A stretch of 64,000 nt of DNA, from assembly GCA_017883185.1 (NCBI GenBank), contig JADGOB010000004.1, positions 5,940-69,939 of the forward strand, in the 5' to 3' direction. This document shows, in pieces, positions 1-8,093 of the stretch (position 1 is its first letter; the number at the start of each line of letters is the position of its first letter). The translations under genes were made by a program, and so were the position numbers. The DNA comes from Acidobacteriota bacterium. Its GTDB lineage: Bacteria; Acidobacteriota; Vicinamibacteria; Vicinamibacterales; Fen-181. The notes below the pieces were generated by a model that had not been told where the DNA came from, ran no database searches, and was given only the letters and a program-made list of their open reading frames with translations.

Positions 1-1
1 G

Positions 2-832
2 ACCGATACCCCGTGGTTCCAGAAGGTGGCGGATATCGCGCTGGAGCCATTCACGGACATCGCCATCGCCGTATCCCAGTCGACCGCGGAGTTCGTCGTC
101 CGTGCGAGGAGGATTCCCGAGCGCAAGGTGAAGGTCGTCTATCTGGGGGCACCGCTCGACGAGTTCAGCCAGCCGCGGACTCCCGAGGAGGTGGCGGCCG
201 TCCGGCAGGAGTTGGGGGCGGCGCCGGACGATGTGCTGCTCGGAACCGTGACCCGCCTGCACGAGTCCAAGGGGAATGAGTACCTGGTGGAGGCGGCTCG
301 GAAGGTCCTGGACCAGCGGCCCAAGGCGAGGTTCTTCCTGGTAGGCGAGGGGCCGCTCCGTCGGGCGCTCGAGGAGCAGGCCCTTCAGCTCCAACTCGGC
401 GACCGGTTCGTGTTCGTCGGTTTCGCGCGGGACGTGGCGCGGCTGCTGTCGGGCTTCGACATCAGCGTGTTCCCGTCGCTCTGGGAGGGCACACCCCTCA
501 CCGTGTTCGAGTCGCTCGCCGCCGGACGCCCCATCGTCGCCACGGACGCGGACGGCCTGCTGGACGTGCTGACCGATGGCCAGGACGCCGTGATCGTACC
601 AAAACGGAATGCTCAGGCGCTGGCCGACAGGCTCATCCACCTGATCGATCACCCAGAGGAGCGGGCGCGGCTCTCGGAGAGAGGGCGCGTGACGAGCCAG
701 CAGTACGACATCGGCGCGTTCGTCCGCAAGATGGAACGCCTCTATGGGATCCTGCATGAGGTGTCGCGCCGCACGCACCGGCGAGGCGTGCTGGAGGCGG
801 ACTTGTCGTTTCTGACGAGGCTCGACAATTGA
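2..832 (+). CDS. GT-B fold glycosyltransferase (family 4/GT1-like), C-terminal part; the 5' end lies upstream of the window
   Basis: The frame is open from nt 2, so track ORF 26..832 is only the in-window portion. It carries the C-terminal GT-B sugar-nucleotide binding signature FPSLWEGTPLTVFESLAAGRPIVATDADG. It is followed by other glycan genes. Confidence 0.85.
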   Translation, partial: TDTPWFQKVADIALEPFTDIAIAVSQSTAEFVVRARRIPERKVKVVYLGAPLDEFSQPRTPEEVAAVRQELGAAPDDVLLGTVTRLHESKGNEYLVEAARKVLDQRPKARFFLVGEGPLRRALEEQALQLQLGDRFVFVGFARDVARLLSGFDISVFPSLWEGTPLTVFESLAAGRPIVATDADGLLDVLTDGQDAVIVPKRNAQALADRLIHLIDHPEERARLSERGRVTSQQYDIGAFVRKMERLYGILHEVSRRTHRRGVLEADLSFLTRLDN

Positions 833-863
833 CCGCCTCGAACGTCCTCGCTCCGTCAGTCGC

Positions 864-2807
864 GTGGCATACTATCTAGCCGTGGAAAATGCCGCTTCTG
901 TTCCTGCCAGGGTCGACGCTCCCGCCGACCCACCGCTACGCCCCCTGTGGCAGCGTTTCGAGTTCCTGATCCCCGCGATCATGTTCGTGCTGACGCTGTC
1001 AGCCGCCCTGACAGTCGACCCGGTCGCCAATGGCTATGGGCTCAAGGGAGACGAGGCCACTTATACGGCGATGGCGTTCAGCGCGGCGTATGACCGCGAC
1101 CTGGCCTTCGAACGGAAGGATCTGGAGCGCTACTGGGCCATCTACCGGTGCGGTCCCGACGGGATCTTCCTGAAACGCGGCAAGATCGTCCGATACAACG
1201 TGATCTGGAAGCCGCCGTTCGTGCGGCGCGTGGTCTGGGGCGACGGGCCGAACGATCACCTGTATTTCGGCAAGGCGTACATCTATCCACTGATGGCATC
1301 GCCGCTGGTCTGGCTGATGGGCCTGCGCGGGATGCTGGTATTCCATGTCCTGCTGCTGACCGGGGTCGCACTCTGTGGCTACAGGTTCGCTCGGGCGCGC
1401 TCAGCTCGCGCCCCGTCCCTGGTCTTCACCCTCGCGTTCCTGGTGGCGTCGGTCGTTCCGGTGTTCGGTGTCTGGCTCACCGCTGAGGTGTTCAACCTCT
1501 CCCTGACGTTCTACGCCTACTTCCTGTGGGCCTACAAAGAGGTTGCGCCGGAGCCCGCCCGCCCCGGACGGCTCTCGCGGTTCGTGCGCGGGCCGTGGAG
1601 CGACGTGCTCGCTGCGACGCTCCTGGGGATGTTGACCTTCTCCAAGCCGCTGTACGCGCTGCTCATCGTGCCGCTCGTGATCTGGCCGTGGCTGCGGAGA
1701 CGGTTCGTGCGCGGCTTGCTCGTGGGACTCGTCTTCGCCGCCGTAGCGGGAGGACTGTTCGGGGTCAACAGCCTCATCGCCGGGGAATGGAACTATCAGG
1801 GTGGCAACCGCAAGGTGTTCTATACGTGGTTCCCGACCCAGCGTCCGGAGATGACGTTCGACAACCAGGGCTACGGGAACACCACGAACAAACTGAAGGA
1901 GGATGCGGTCTACGATTCACGGGCGTACGCCAACCGGTTCGTCCTGAACGTCGGGTACTTCCTGGTTGGCCGCCATTCAGGCCTGGTACCGTTCTTCTTC
2001 CCCGGCGCGGCCGTGTTCGTCCTCTGGCTGTGGCGCTACCGGGAGATTCGAGGGTGGCAGGTCCTGATGGTGCTGGTCGTCATGGCGTCCGCGGCCACCA
2101 CAATCGTCATTCTGCCCTACACGTGGTCGGGAGGAGGAGGGCCGCCCGGGAACCGCTACTTCATGGGGTTTTACCCGGTCCTATTCTTCCTGCTGCCGGC
2201 GCTCGACTCGGCCGTGGTGCCACTCCTGATATGGACGGGGGGCGCGATTTTCACCGCGCAGCTGGTGCTCAATCCGTACTTCACCGCCCGCTTCCCATAC
2301 TGGAATCTCAACCACGGCGCGGTCCGCTTCCTTCCGATCGAGTTGACGATGGTCAACGACCTGCCTATCATGCTCGACCGCCTCCGCGCCCGGCTGCCGT
2401 ACGGGAATGATCCGGGGCTGTCGCTCTATCTGCTCGACGAGAACGTCTACGACCCGGAACCTGCGGGAGTCTGGTTCTCCGGCGGACGCCGCGGCGATGT
2501 CATCGTCCGGACAACCGAGCCGATCGTGAGCATGCGCGTCACCGTGACCTCACCGATCCCCAACCGGGTGTGGGTCTCGTTCGACGGCCGGAGCCGCACG
2601 ATCGATCTCGAGCCGGGTCAATCGATCGACATGGTCGTCGATACCAGAGGACGTGGGGTGTACGCAGACAACGGGTTCGGCTACGTACTCTCGGTCAAGG
2701 CTGATAAGGGCTTCGTTCCGAAGCTGAGGGAGACTGGGTCGGAGGACCGGCGGTTCCTGGGGGCGCTCGTCAGGTTGGAGGCGACTGCGGAGCGCGCGGT
2801 GAAGTAG
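864..2807 (+). CDS. Large polytopic membrane protein, GT-C-like (ArnT/PMT-type) candidate with a soluble C-terminal beta-rich module
   Basis: 647 aa with many long hydrophobic segments (FLIPAIMFVLTLSAAL, PLVWLMGLRGMLVFHVLLLTGVALCGY, FFFPGAAVFVLWLW, YFMGFYPVLFFLLPAL). The first loop has the motif GLKGDEATYTAM and the last ~140 aa are hydrophilic. It sits among glycosyltransferases. The family call is inferred from topology and context; no catalytic motif was recognised. Confidence 0.65.
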   Translation: MAYYLAVENAASVPARVDAPADPPLRPLWQRFEFLIPAIMFVLTLSAALTVDPVANGYGLKGDEATYTAMAFSAAYDRDLAFERKDLERYWAIYRCGPDGIFLKRGKIVRYNVIWKPPFVRRVVWGDGPNDHLYFGKAYIYPLMASPLVWLMGLRGMLVFHVLLLTGVALCGYRFARARSARAPSLVFTLAFLVASVVPVFGVWLTAEVFNLSLTFYAYFLWAYKEVAPEPARPGRLSRFVRGPWSDVLAATLLGMLTFSKPLYALLIVPLVIWPWLRRRFVRGLLVGLVFAAVAGGLFGVNSLIAGEWNYQGGNRKVFYTWFPTQRPEMTFDNQGYGNTTNKLKEDAVYDSRAYANRFVLNVGYFLVGRHSGLVPFFFPGAAVFVLWLWRYREIRGWQVLMVLVVMASAATTIVILPYTWSGGGGPPGNRYFMGFYPVLFFLLPALDSAVVPLLIWTGGAIFTAQLVLNPYFTARFPYWNLNHGAVRFLPIELTMVNDLPIMLDRLRARLPYGNDPGLSLYLLDENVYDPEPAGVWFSGGRRGDVIVRTTEPIVSMRVTVTSPIPNRVWVSFDGRSRTIDLEPGQSIDMVVDTRGRGVYADNGFGYVLSVKADKGFVPKLRETGSEDRRFLGALVRLEATAERAVK

Positions 2808-3128
2808 TCAGGCGGCCGCTGGTGCCGCTGGTGCCGTTCGTCTGGATGGACATCGTACCTCCTAACTGGCCCTGACAAAGCAAGCCACATGCCATGGTAT
2901 CCGGGGGGCCAAGCCCAGAAAGCGTTCGAGTTCCGCAGCGGGCGACGTCCAGCAGGGTGTCGGCGAGGCGACACGCGGTGCGGTGGGGCGACGGGCGGCA
3001 AGGGACTAAAGCCCTGATTCGCTGCGCCCGATAGACGGATCAGTTCAAACCCAATTGGGCCGTTGCCGGCCTGCCTTCCCTCGCGTGGCCGCAGACAACA
3101 GCCGACGCACAGTTCCTGAGGTAGTGTC

Positions 3129-4301
3129 ATGAAGATCCCGCATCTGGTGCTGCTCGCTGGCTCCACGGCCCTTGTCGTGTGCGCCTGTGACGTCCAGAAG
3201 AGCTCGAACCCGCTCAGCCCCACTGTCGCCGGTCCCATCGCCGGCGTCACGATCACGGCGCCGAAACCACTGGAACCTGCCGCCGGTTGGGCCGTCGATT
3301 CGACGACGCAGCCCATCAGCCTGTTGGTCGAGAACTCCGCAACCAGCGGTCAGCGGCCGCTGAGCTACGGGTTCGAGATCTCGGTGGACGTAGGGTTCAC
3401 GAGCACGGTGTTTTCGCGAGAAGGGGTGGCGCCGGGCACCAACGGCAGAACGAGCCTCAAGCTCGCCGACTCGCTGACGCCGGGACGGACCTACTACTGG
3501 CGCGCCCGTGCGCAGGATGGGGCGAACACTGGACCCTACACCGCCGCCGTCAACTTCACCGTGTTCACGCCGATTTCGCTCGAGGCCCCCACCCTGGTCT
3601 CTCCGGTGGACGGAGCACACACGCCGGGCACCAACCCGACCTTCACGTTCAGAAACGCCACCCACTCGGGCCCGGCAGGTACCGTCTTCTACACTGTCCA
3701 GGTGGCGAGTTCGGAGACCTTCGCAAGCGTCAACGGACAATTCGACGTGCAGGAGCAGGCGGCGCAGACGAGCAGGATCCTCGGGTCGGATCTGGCCGCC
3801 GGCACTCGTTACTACTGGCGCGTGCGCGCGTGGGAGACCGCGCGCAACACGATCGGACCCTGGTCCGCACTCGGCTGGTTCGTCACCGCTTCGGCGAGTC
3901 CCACACCCACACCCACACCTACACCCACGCCGACTCCGAAGCCGGGTTCGTGGCCGACCAACGGGCCGGACCTCGTCAACTACATCAGCGCTACATATCC
4001 CGACCGCCTCGCGGCCGGCGTGAGTTCGTCCCAGCGCACGTCCAACCTGGAGTTCCTGCGTGACAGGACCATCGAGGCGGGCATTTGCGGCGGAATGCAG
4101 CTGGGCTGGAACCTCAAGCGCGGCGGCCCGGAGAAGAGCCTCGACTACATCACCTACTTCAAGGGCGGGCGGTGGATTGGCGTGGACATCGCCTTCGATT
4201 CCGACAACACCTCAACCACCTTGCGCATGCAGTGGGGCGAGGCGTCGAACGACCCGTACACGACCCACCAGGACTACGGCCCGATGCCGTCCTGCAAGTA
4301 G
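3129..4301 (+). CDS. Secreted lipoprotein candidate: two Ig/FN3-like repeats, a (Pro-Thr)7 linker and a C-terminal domain of unknown function
   Basis: N-terminal signal MKIPHLVLLAGSTALVVCAC, with Cys residues available for lipidation. An internal duplication is marked by GRTYYWRARAQDG and GTRYYWRVRAWE. The linker is SPTPTPTPTPTPTPKPG. The C-terminal ~125 aa (WPTNGPDLVNYISATYPDRL...GICGGMQLGWNLKRGG...) match nothing I recognise. Confidence 0.75.
   Translation: MKIPHLVLLAGSTALVVCACDVQKSSNPLSPTVAGPIAGVTITAPKPLEPAAGWAVDSTTQPISLLVENSATSGQRPLSYGFEISVDVGFTSTVFSREGVAPGTNGRTSLKLADSLTPGRTYYWRARAQDGANTGPYTAAVNFTVFTPISLEAPTLVSPVDGAHTPGTNPTFTFRNATHSGPAGTVFYTVQVASSETFASVNGQFDVQEQAAQTSRILGSDLAAGTRYYWRVRAWETARNTIGPWSALGWFVTASASPTPTPTPTPTPTPKPGSWPTNGPDLVNYISATYPDRLAAGVSSSQRTSNLEFLRDRTIEAGICGGMQLGWNLKRGGPEKSLDYITYFKGGRWIGVDIAFDSDNTSTTLRMQWGEASNDPYTTHQDYGPMPSCK
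3900..3938 (+). repeat. In-frame hexanucleotide microsatellite (CCCACA-like, about 7 units) encoding the (PT)n linker
   Basis: Read directly: cccaca cccaca cccaca cctaca cccacg ccgact ccg. Confidence 0.8.
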
Positions 4302-4310
4302 CCGGCCGAC

Positions 4311-4340
4311 GGTAGGGGCACATCAGGTTGTGCCCCTACC
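4311..4340. repeat. Perfect 12-bp-stem hairpin GGTAGGGGCACA-N6-TGTGCCCCTACC; REP-like element or possible terminator
   Basis: Located 10 nt after the stop of 3129..4301. It shares the GTAGGGGC...GCCCCTAC core with the hairpins at 60.55-60.78 kb. No U-tract follows. Confidence 0.6.
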
Positions 4341-4412
4341 GCATGACCGTGCCCTTCCCACCTCAACGCTTGCGACCGGCCCGGTGCCCCAGGGCGTAGG
4401 ATACACGCTTTC

Positions 4413-4634
4413 GTGGCATTCGCCTTGCAAATGTCGAACGAATCCGCCCTGTCCGACACCCCGCCGCTCGGGCCCGTCGCGCATTCCGAGCGAGGCCGGC
4501 TCGACCTGTGGCTCGCGCTGTTTCTCGTGGTCGCCTGCCTGTGGGCGGCGCTGACGGTGGACCCGATTCGGACCGGCTTCGGGATCAAGGGCGACGAGGC
4601 GACCTACGCCGCCATGGGCGTGGAGAAGAAATAG
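4413..4634 (+). pseudogene. Truncated N-terminal remnant of a paralog of the GT-C-like membrane protein at 864..2807
   Basis: The 73 codons include ...LWLALFLVVACLWAALTVDPIRTGFGIKGDEATYAAMG... The full-length gene has ...LTLSAALTVDPVANGYGLKGDEATYTAMAF... The stop falls 14 nt before the stop of the convergent gene at 4649. Confidence 0.6.
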
Positions 4635-4648
4635 CCGCGCCCTACGTT

Positions 4649-5644
4649 CTAGGCCGCCGGCGTGTGCGGGTGCCGACGGGCCACGTAGACGGCCGCGCCC
4701 GACAGCGAGAAGAGCATCACCAGGGCGGTTGAACCGAGCGAGAGCGCCATCGCCGATTCGATGGGCAGGCCCAGCCGGCTGAAATAGAACGAGAAGGTGG
4801 CTTCGCGCACGCCGAACCCGTTCACGGAGACGGGCAGCATCTGCACCACGAACGAGATCGGAACGATCACGGCCATGTGCGAGACCGAGATCGGGATGTT
4901 CAGGCTGTGCGCGACGGCCACGTAGAACAGGACCAGCAGCGCCTGCACGAGCACCGCGCCGGCGAACGCGTTGAACAGTGACGCCGGTCGCTCGCGGAAC
5001 CGTCCGAGCGCATCGGTAATGCGCGTGATCCGGTCGCCGACCCACTCGGGGTGGAAGACCGTGAGCGGCTGCAGGAGCCTGGCGACGCCCGCCGGCGCGA
5101 TGACCGCCGGGACCGAGACGAGGGTGGCGAGCAGGAATCCCGCCCACAGCCAGGACGGAAGGACCGGAACGGTTCCCGCCCCGCCCGTGGCCGTGGCGCC
5201 CACAGCGGCCACGAGCACCAGCCCCATCAACCCTATCCCCCGATCGATCACGACGATCGTCGCGGCCAGCGTCCGGGATTGCGCCGGGCCTGCCGTGTCA
5301 CGAATGCGAATCACGTCGCCGCCGATGTTGCTCGGCAGAAAGTTGTTGAAGAACGTGGCGACCAGGTACGACGACAGCAGGCGCCGCTGGCCGATGTCAA
5401 TCCCCTGCGGGACCAGCAACACGTTCCATCGCCAGGTGGCGACGAGCATCTGCAGCAGGTAGAGCCCCAGCGCCGTCAGCACCCATGGGAACGACGCATC
5501 GCGGACATTCTGCCACAGGCTGCTCAGGTCCGTGTGCGAGAACAGCAGCGTCAGGAGGCCAAGGCTGACAACGAGCTTCAGCGCCGCGACCAGAAGGTGG
5601 CGGCCTCGAGAGTGCGGCCGGGCGGTCACGACGTCAGAGTCCAT
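4649..5644 (-). CDS. Flippase-like / lysylphosphatidylglycerol-synthase TM-region family (UPF0104) integral membrane protein
   Basis: 331 aa and multi-TM, with the hallmark stretch FFNNFLPSNIGGDVIRIRD. Such proteins commonly accompany glycosyltransferases. Confidence 0.8.
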   Translation of the reverse strand: MDSDVVTARPHSRGRHLLVAALKLVVSLGLLTLLFSHTDLSSLWQNVRDASFPWVLTALGLYLLQMLVATWRWNVLLVPQGIDIGQRRLLSSYLVATFFNNFLPSNIGGDVIRIRDTAGPAQSRTLAATIVVIDRGIGLMGLVLVAAVGATATGGAGTVPVLPSWLWAGFLLATLVSVPAVIAPAGVARLLQPLTVFHPEWVGDRITRITDALGRFRERPASLFNAFAGAVLVQALLVLFYVAVAHSLNIPISVSHMAVIVPISFVVQMLPVSVNGFGVREATFSFYFSRLGLPIESAMALSLGSTALVMLFSLSGAAVYVARRHPHTPAA

Positions 5645-5720
5645 CGGCAGATGACGAAGGCAAGCAGGCCGCCATGCGGCGGCGACCCGAAGTTGGACAA
5701 AGTAAAGAGGTTACCATGGG

Positions 5721-5802
5721 CAGGTGGAGGTGTCCACCTGCCGGGACGGGGAGTGCCGGGACGGGGAGTGCCGGGACGGGGAGGTGCGGAAACGGGGGGG
5801 GG
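5721..5802 (+). repeat. Hairpin (CAGGTGGA-ggtg-TCCACCTG), a 15-nt tandem repeat CCGGGACGGGGAGTG x3 (third copy has one extra G), and a G9 homopolymer
   Basis: Read directly: hairpin 5721..5740, repeats 5741..5755, 5756..5770 and 5771..5786, G-run 5794..5802. It lies in the 476-bp divergent intergenic region between 4649..5644(-) and 6121..7320(+). Confidence 0.85.
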
Positions 5803-6031
5803 CCGGAGCCTCAGGATTTCTCGCCGTTGGGTCCCGGGTGAGCGGCGTCGTACTTCAGGGAACCCTTCGCGCTTTCGAATCGGCCGTAGTCGCCCCCGAG
5901 CACAAATGCACGCGCGACCTGAAGGTCAGGCGTCGGTGAAGCGACACAGCGACCAGGTGGTCGTCCAGTTGCGCCGGGCCGCGGCAGCGCCTCACGGTGG
6001 CCTTTCGCTGGAGCAACCCGTATGATCGGCC

Positions 6032-6061
6032 GGTTTCGGTTATAATTGGCAGGTTTCGGTT
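6032..6061 (+). promoter_or_regulatory. Candidate -10 box TATAAT (6041..6046) bracketed by the direct repeat GGTTTCGGTT (6032..6041 and 6052..6061)
   Basis: This is an exact TATAAT in a high-GC genome, 75 nt upstream of the GT4 ATG. The 10-nt direct repeat has a 20-nt period. No good -35 was seen. Confidence 0.35.
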
Positions 6062-6120
6062 CCTCAAATCCCGGCTTCCTTCAGTCCCCGCGTCCTGCAG
6101 GCGTCGGGTTCGATCTGCCC

Positions 6121-7320
6121 ATGCACATACTGATGATCGCGCCGGAGCCGTTCTTCGAGCCCCGGGGGACGCCGTTCAGCGAGTTTCATCGGATTCGGGC
6201 GCTCACCGACCTCGGCCATACCGTCGATCTGGCGACCTATCCGTTCGGGCGTGACGTGTCGATGCCTGGCCTGCGCGTGTTCCGCTGCGCTCGGCCGCCG
6301 TTGGTTACCCGCGTGAAGATCGGGCCGTCGCTGGCCAAGCTCGCGTTGGACGCCGCGCTGGCATTCACCGCGCTCCGGCGCGCCCTCGAGGGGGGTTTCG
6401 ACGTCATCCACTCGCACGAAGAGGGGGCGGCGATCGGGGTGGTGTTGTCGTGGCTCTTCAGGCGGCCGCACCTCTACGACATGCACTCGAGCCTCCCGCA
6501 GCAGTTGTCGAACTTCTCGTTCAGCCGATCGCGGGTGCTGAAGGCGATCTTCCGGGGGTTGGAGCGCCTGTTCATCCGGCAGTCACGCGTCGTGATCGTG
6601 ATCTGTCCGCAGTTGGCGGACACCGTAAAGATGGTGGACCCCGCCGCCGATCCGGTGCTCATCGAGAACGCGCCGGGGTCTGGCGATTCTCCGGTCGCGG
6701 GCGAGGGCGCGCGGATTCGCACCGAGTTCGGCCTGAACGGCAGCACGCCGCTGGTCGTCTACACGGGCACGTTCGAGGCCTACCAGGGACTGGACCTGCT
6801 GTTCGAGGCGGCGGCGCGAGTGAACGCCGAGCGCCAGGACGTCCGTTTTCTTCTGGCCGGAGGCCATCCAGAGCAGGTGGCAAAGGCGCGTGACCTGGCG
6901 CGACGGGCGGGCGTGGAGGCCGTGACCATCTTCGCCGGCGAGCGCCCCGCCGAGGAGATCCCGCTGTTTCTCGACGCGGCCGATGTGCTCGTCTCGCCGA
7001 GGAGCACAGGGACCAACACGCCGCTGAAGATTTACCAGTACCTGCGCGCCGGCCGACCGATCGTGGCCACCCGGCTGCTGACGCACACGCAGGTGCTCGA
7101 CGACACGGTCTCGATCCTGACGGACCCAACACCAACGGGAATGGCTGCCGGCATCGTGCGGGCGCTGGCCGACCCCGCCGCCGCGCGTGAACTGGGACGA
7201 CGCGCTCACGAGCTGGCGGAAACGAAGTACAGCTACGAGGCTTACCTCGGCAAAACACGGCTGGCGATGTCGCGGATGGGGGCAGCGCCCGCTCCGGCTG
7301 TTTCGGGGAGTGCCCGATGA
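6121..7320 (+). CDS. GT-B fold glycosyltransferase, family 4
   Basis: Start moved to MHILMIAPEPFFEPRGTPFSEF, a typical GT4 N-terminus; the track ORF begins at 6046. The C-terminal part has ...SPRSTGTNTPLKIYQYLRAGRPIVAT... Confidence 0.85.
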   Translation: MHILMIAPEPFFEPRGTPFSEFHRIRALTDLGHTVDLATYPFGRDVSMPGLRVFRCARPPLVTRVKIGPSLAKLALDAALAFTALRRALEGGFDVIHSHEEGAAIGVVLSWLFRRPHLYDMHSSLPQQLSNFSFSRSRVLKAIFRGLERLFIRQSRVVIVICPQLADTVKMVDPAADPVLIENAPGSGDSPVAGEGARIRTEFGLNGSTPLVVYTGTFEAYQGLDLLFEAAARVNAERQDVRFLLAGGHPEQVAKARDLARRAGVEAVTIFAGERPAEEIPLFLDAADVLVSPRSTGTNTPLKIYQYLRAGRPIVATRLLTHTQVLDDTVSILTDPTPTGMAAGIVRALADPAAARELGRRAHELAETKYSYEAYLGKTRLAMSRMGAAPAPAVSGSAR

Positions 7321-8090
7321 GCTCGAGCGATCCGGCATCGCGGCCTCCAGCGGAGCACTACAGCTACGCGGTCTACGCCGACCCGGCGCATGCCGGCCGT
7401 TTCGACCAGTTGCGCTTCAGCGGTCCGATCGGGACGCTGCTGGCCGAGACGCAGGAGCAGGTGCTCGTGGATTTCCTGCCGGGGCTCGAGGGCTCGACGG
7501 TACTGGACGTTGGCACCGGGACCGGCCGCGGGGCGCTGCTTCTGGCGCGGCGAGGCGCGGTGGTCACCGGCGTGGACGCCTCGCCGCAGATGCTCGAGAT
7601 CGCGCGCGAACGGGCACAGCGCGAAGGGGTGACGGCGCGGTTCGACGTGGGCGATGCCCACCACCTCGCGTTCCCCGACCGATCGTTCGACGCCGCGGTC
7701 AGCCTCCGCGTCCTGATGCACACGCCCGACTGGCGTCAGTGCCTGGCGGAGTTGTGTCGGGTGGCGCGTGAGAAGGTGGTGTTCGACTACCCTGCGCTGG
7801 CCAGCGTCGCGGCGCTGCAGGCTGCCGGCCGGCGCGTGGCGGCAGCCTTCGGCAGCCGCACCGAGGCCTATCGCGTCTTTCGCGCCCGGGGAGTGGAGGC
7901 CGAGCTGGCGCGCCACGGGTTTGCGGTGCGCGCACGCCATCGGCAGTTCGTCTTTCCGATCGCGCTGCACAAGGCGATCGGCTCGAGGAGGGTCACGACG
8001 GGAGTCGAGGGCGCCCTGTCGCGTCTCGGGCTGCTACGGCTTTTTGGATCGCCGGTCACGGTGGTCGCCACCCGGGAAGGAGCGCGCTAG
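7317..8090 (+). CDS. Class I SAM-dependent methyltransferase
   Basis: SAM-binding motif I reads VLDVGTGTGRGALLLARRGAVVTGVDASPQMLEIA. The start overlaps the upstream stop (ATGA). Confidence 0.85.
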   Translation: MSSSDPASRPPAEHYSYAVYADPAHAGRFDQLRFSGPIGTLLAETQEQVLVDFLPGLEGSTVLDVGTGTGRGALLLARRGAVVTGVDASPQMLEIARERAQREGVTARFDVGDAHHLAFPDRSFDAAVSLRVLMHTPDWRQCLAELCRVAREKVVFDYPALASVAALQAAGRRVAAAFGSRTEAYRVFRARGVEAELARHGFAVRARHRQFVFPIALHKAIGSRRVTTGVEGALSRLGLLRLFGSPVTVVATREGAR

Positions 8091-8093
8091 CCG

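Noticed and set aside
2770-2853. A 27-codon minus-strand ORF (MSIQTNGTSGTSGRLTTSPRAPQSPPT) with a perfect AGGAGG 5 nt upstream of its ATG.
   Set aside because: It is short and low-complexity, it is antisense to the 3' end of 864..2807, and there is no other support. I kept it only as a note; Ribo-seq could revive it.
5741-5786. The tandem 15-mers at 5741..5786 and the repeated hairpins at 60552..60780 as a CRISPR array.
   Set aside because: The 15-mers are head-to-tail with no spacers. The 60.5-kb hairpins are only three, differ in sequence, have irregular spacing, and no cas genes are nearby. They fit tandem-repeat and REP-type elements instead.
5811-5925. A protein-like minus-strand tail (..DLQVARAFVLGGDYGRFESAKGSLKYDAAHPGPNGEKS-stop) in the divergent intergenic region.
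   Set aside because: There is no start codon giving a sizeable ORF and no family was recognised. Codon bias does not distinguish it from the overlapping frame. It is possibly a decayed gene end, but this is unsupported.
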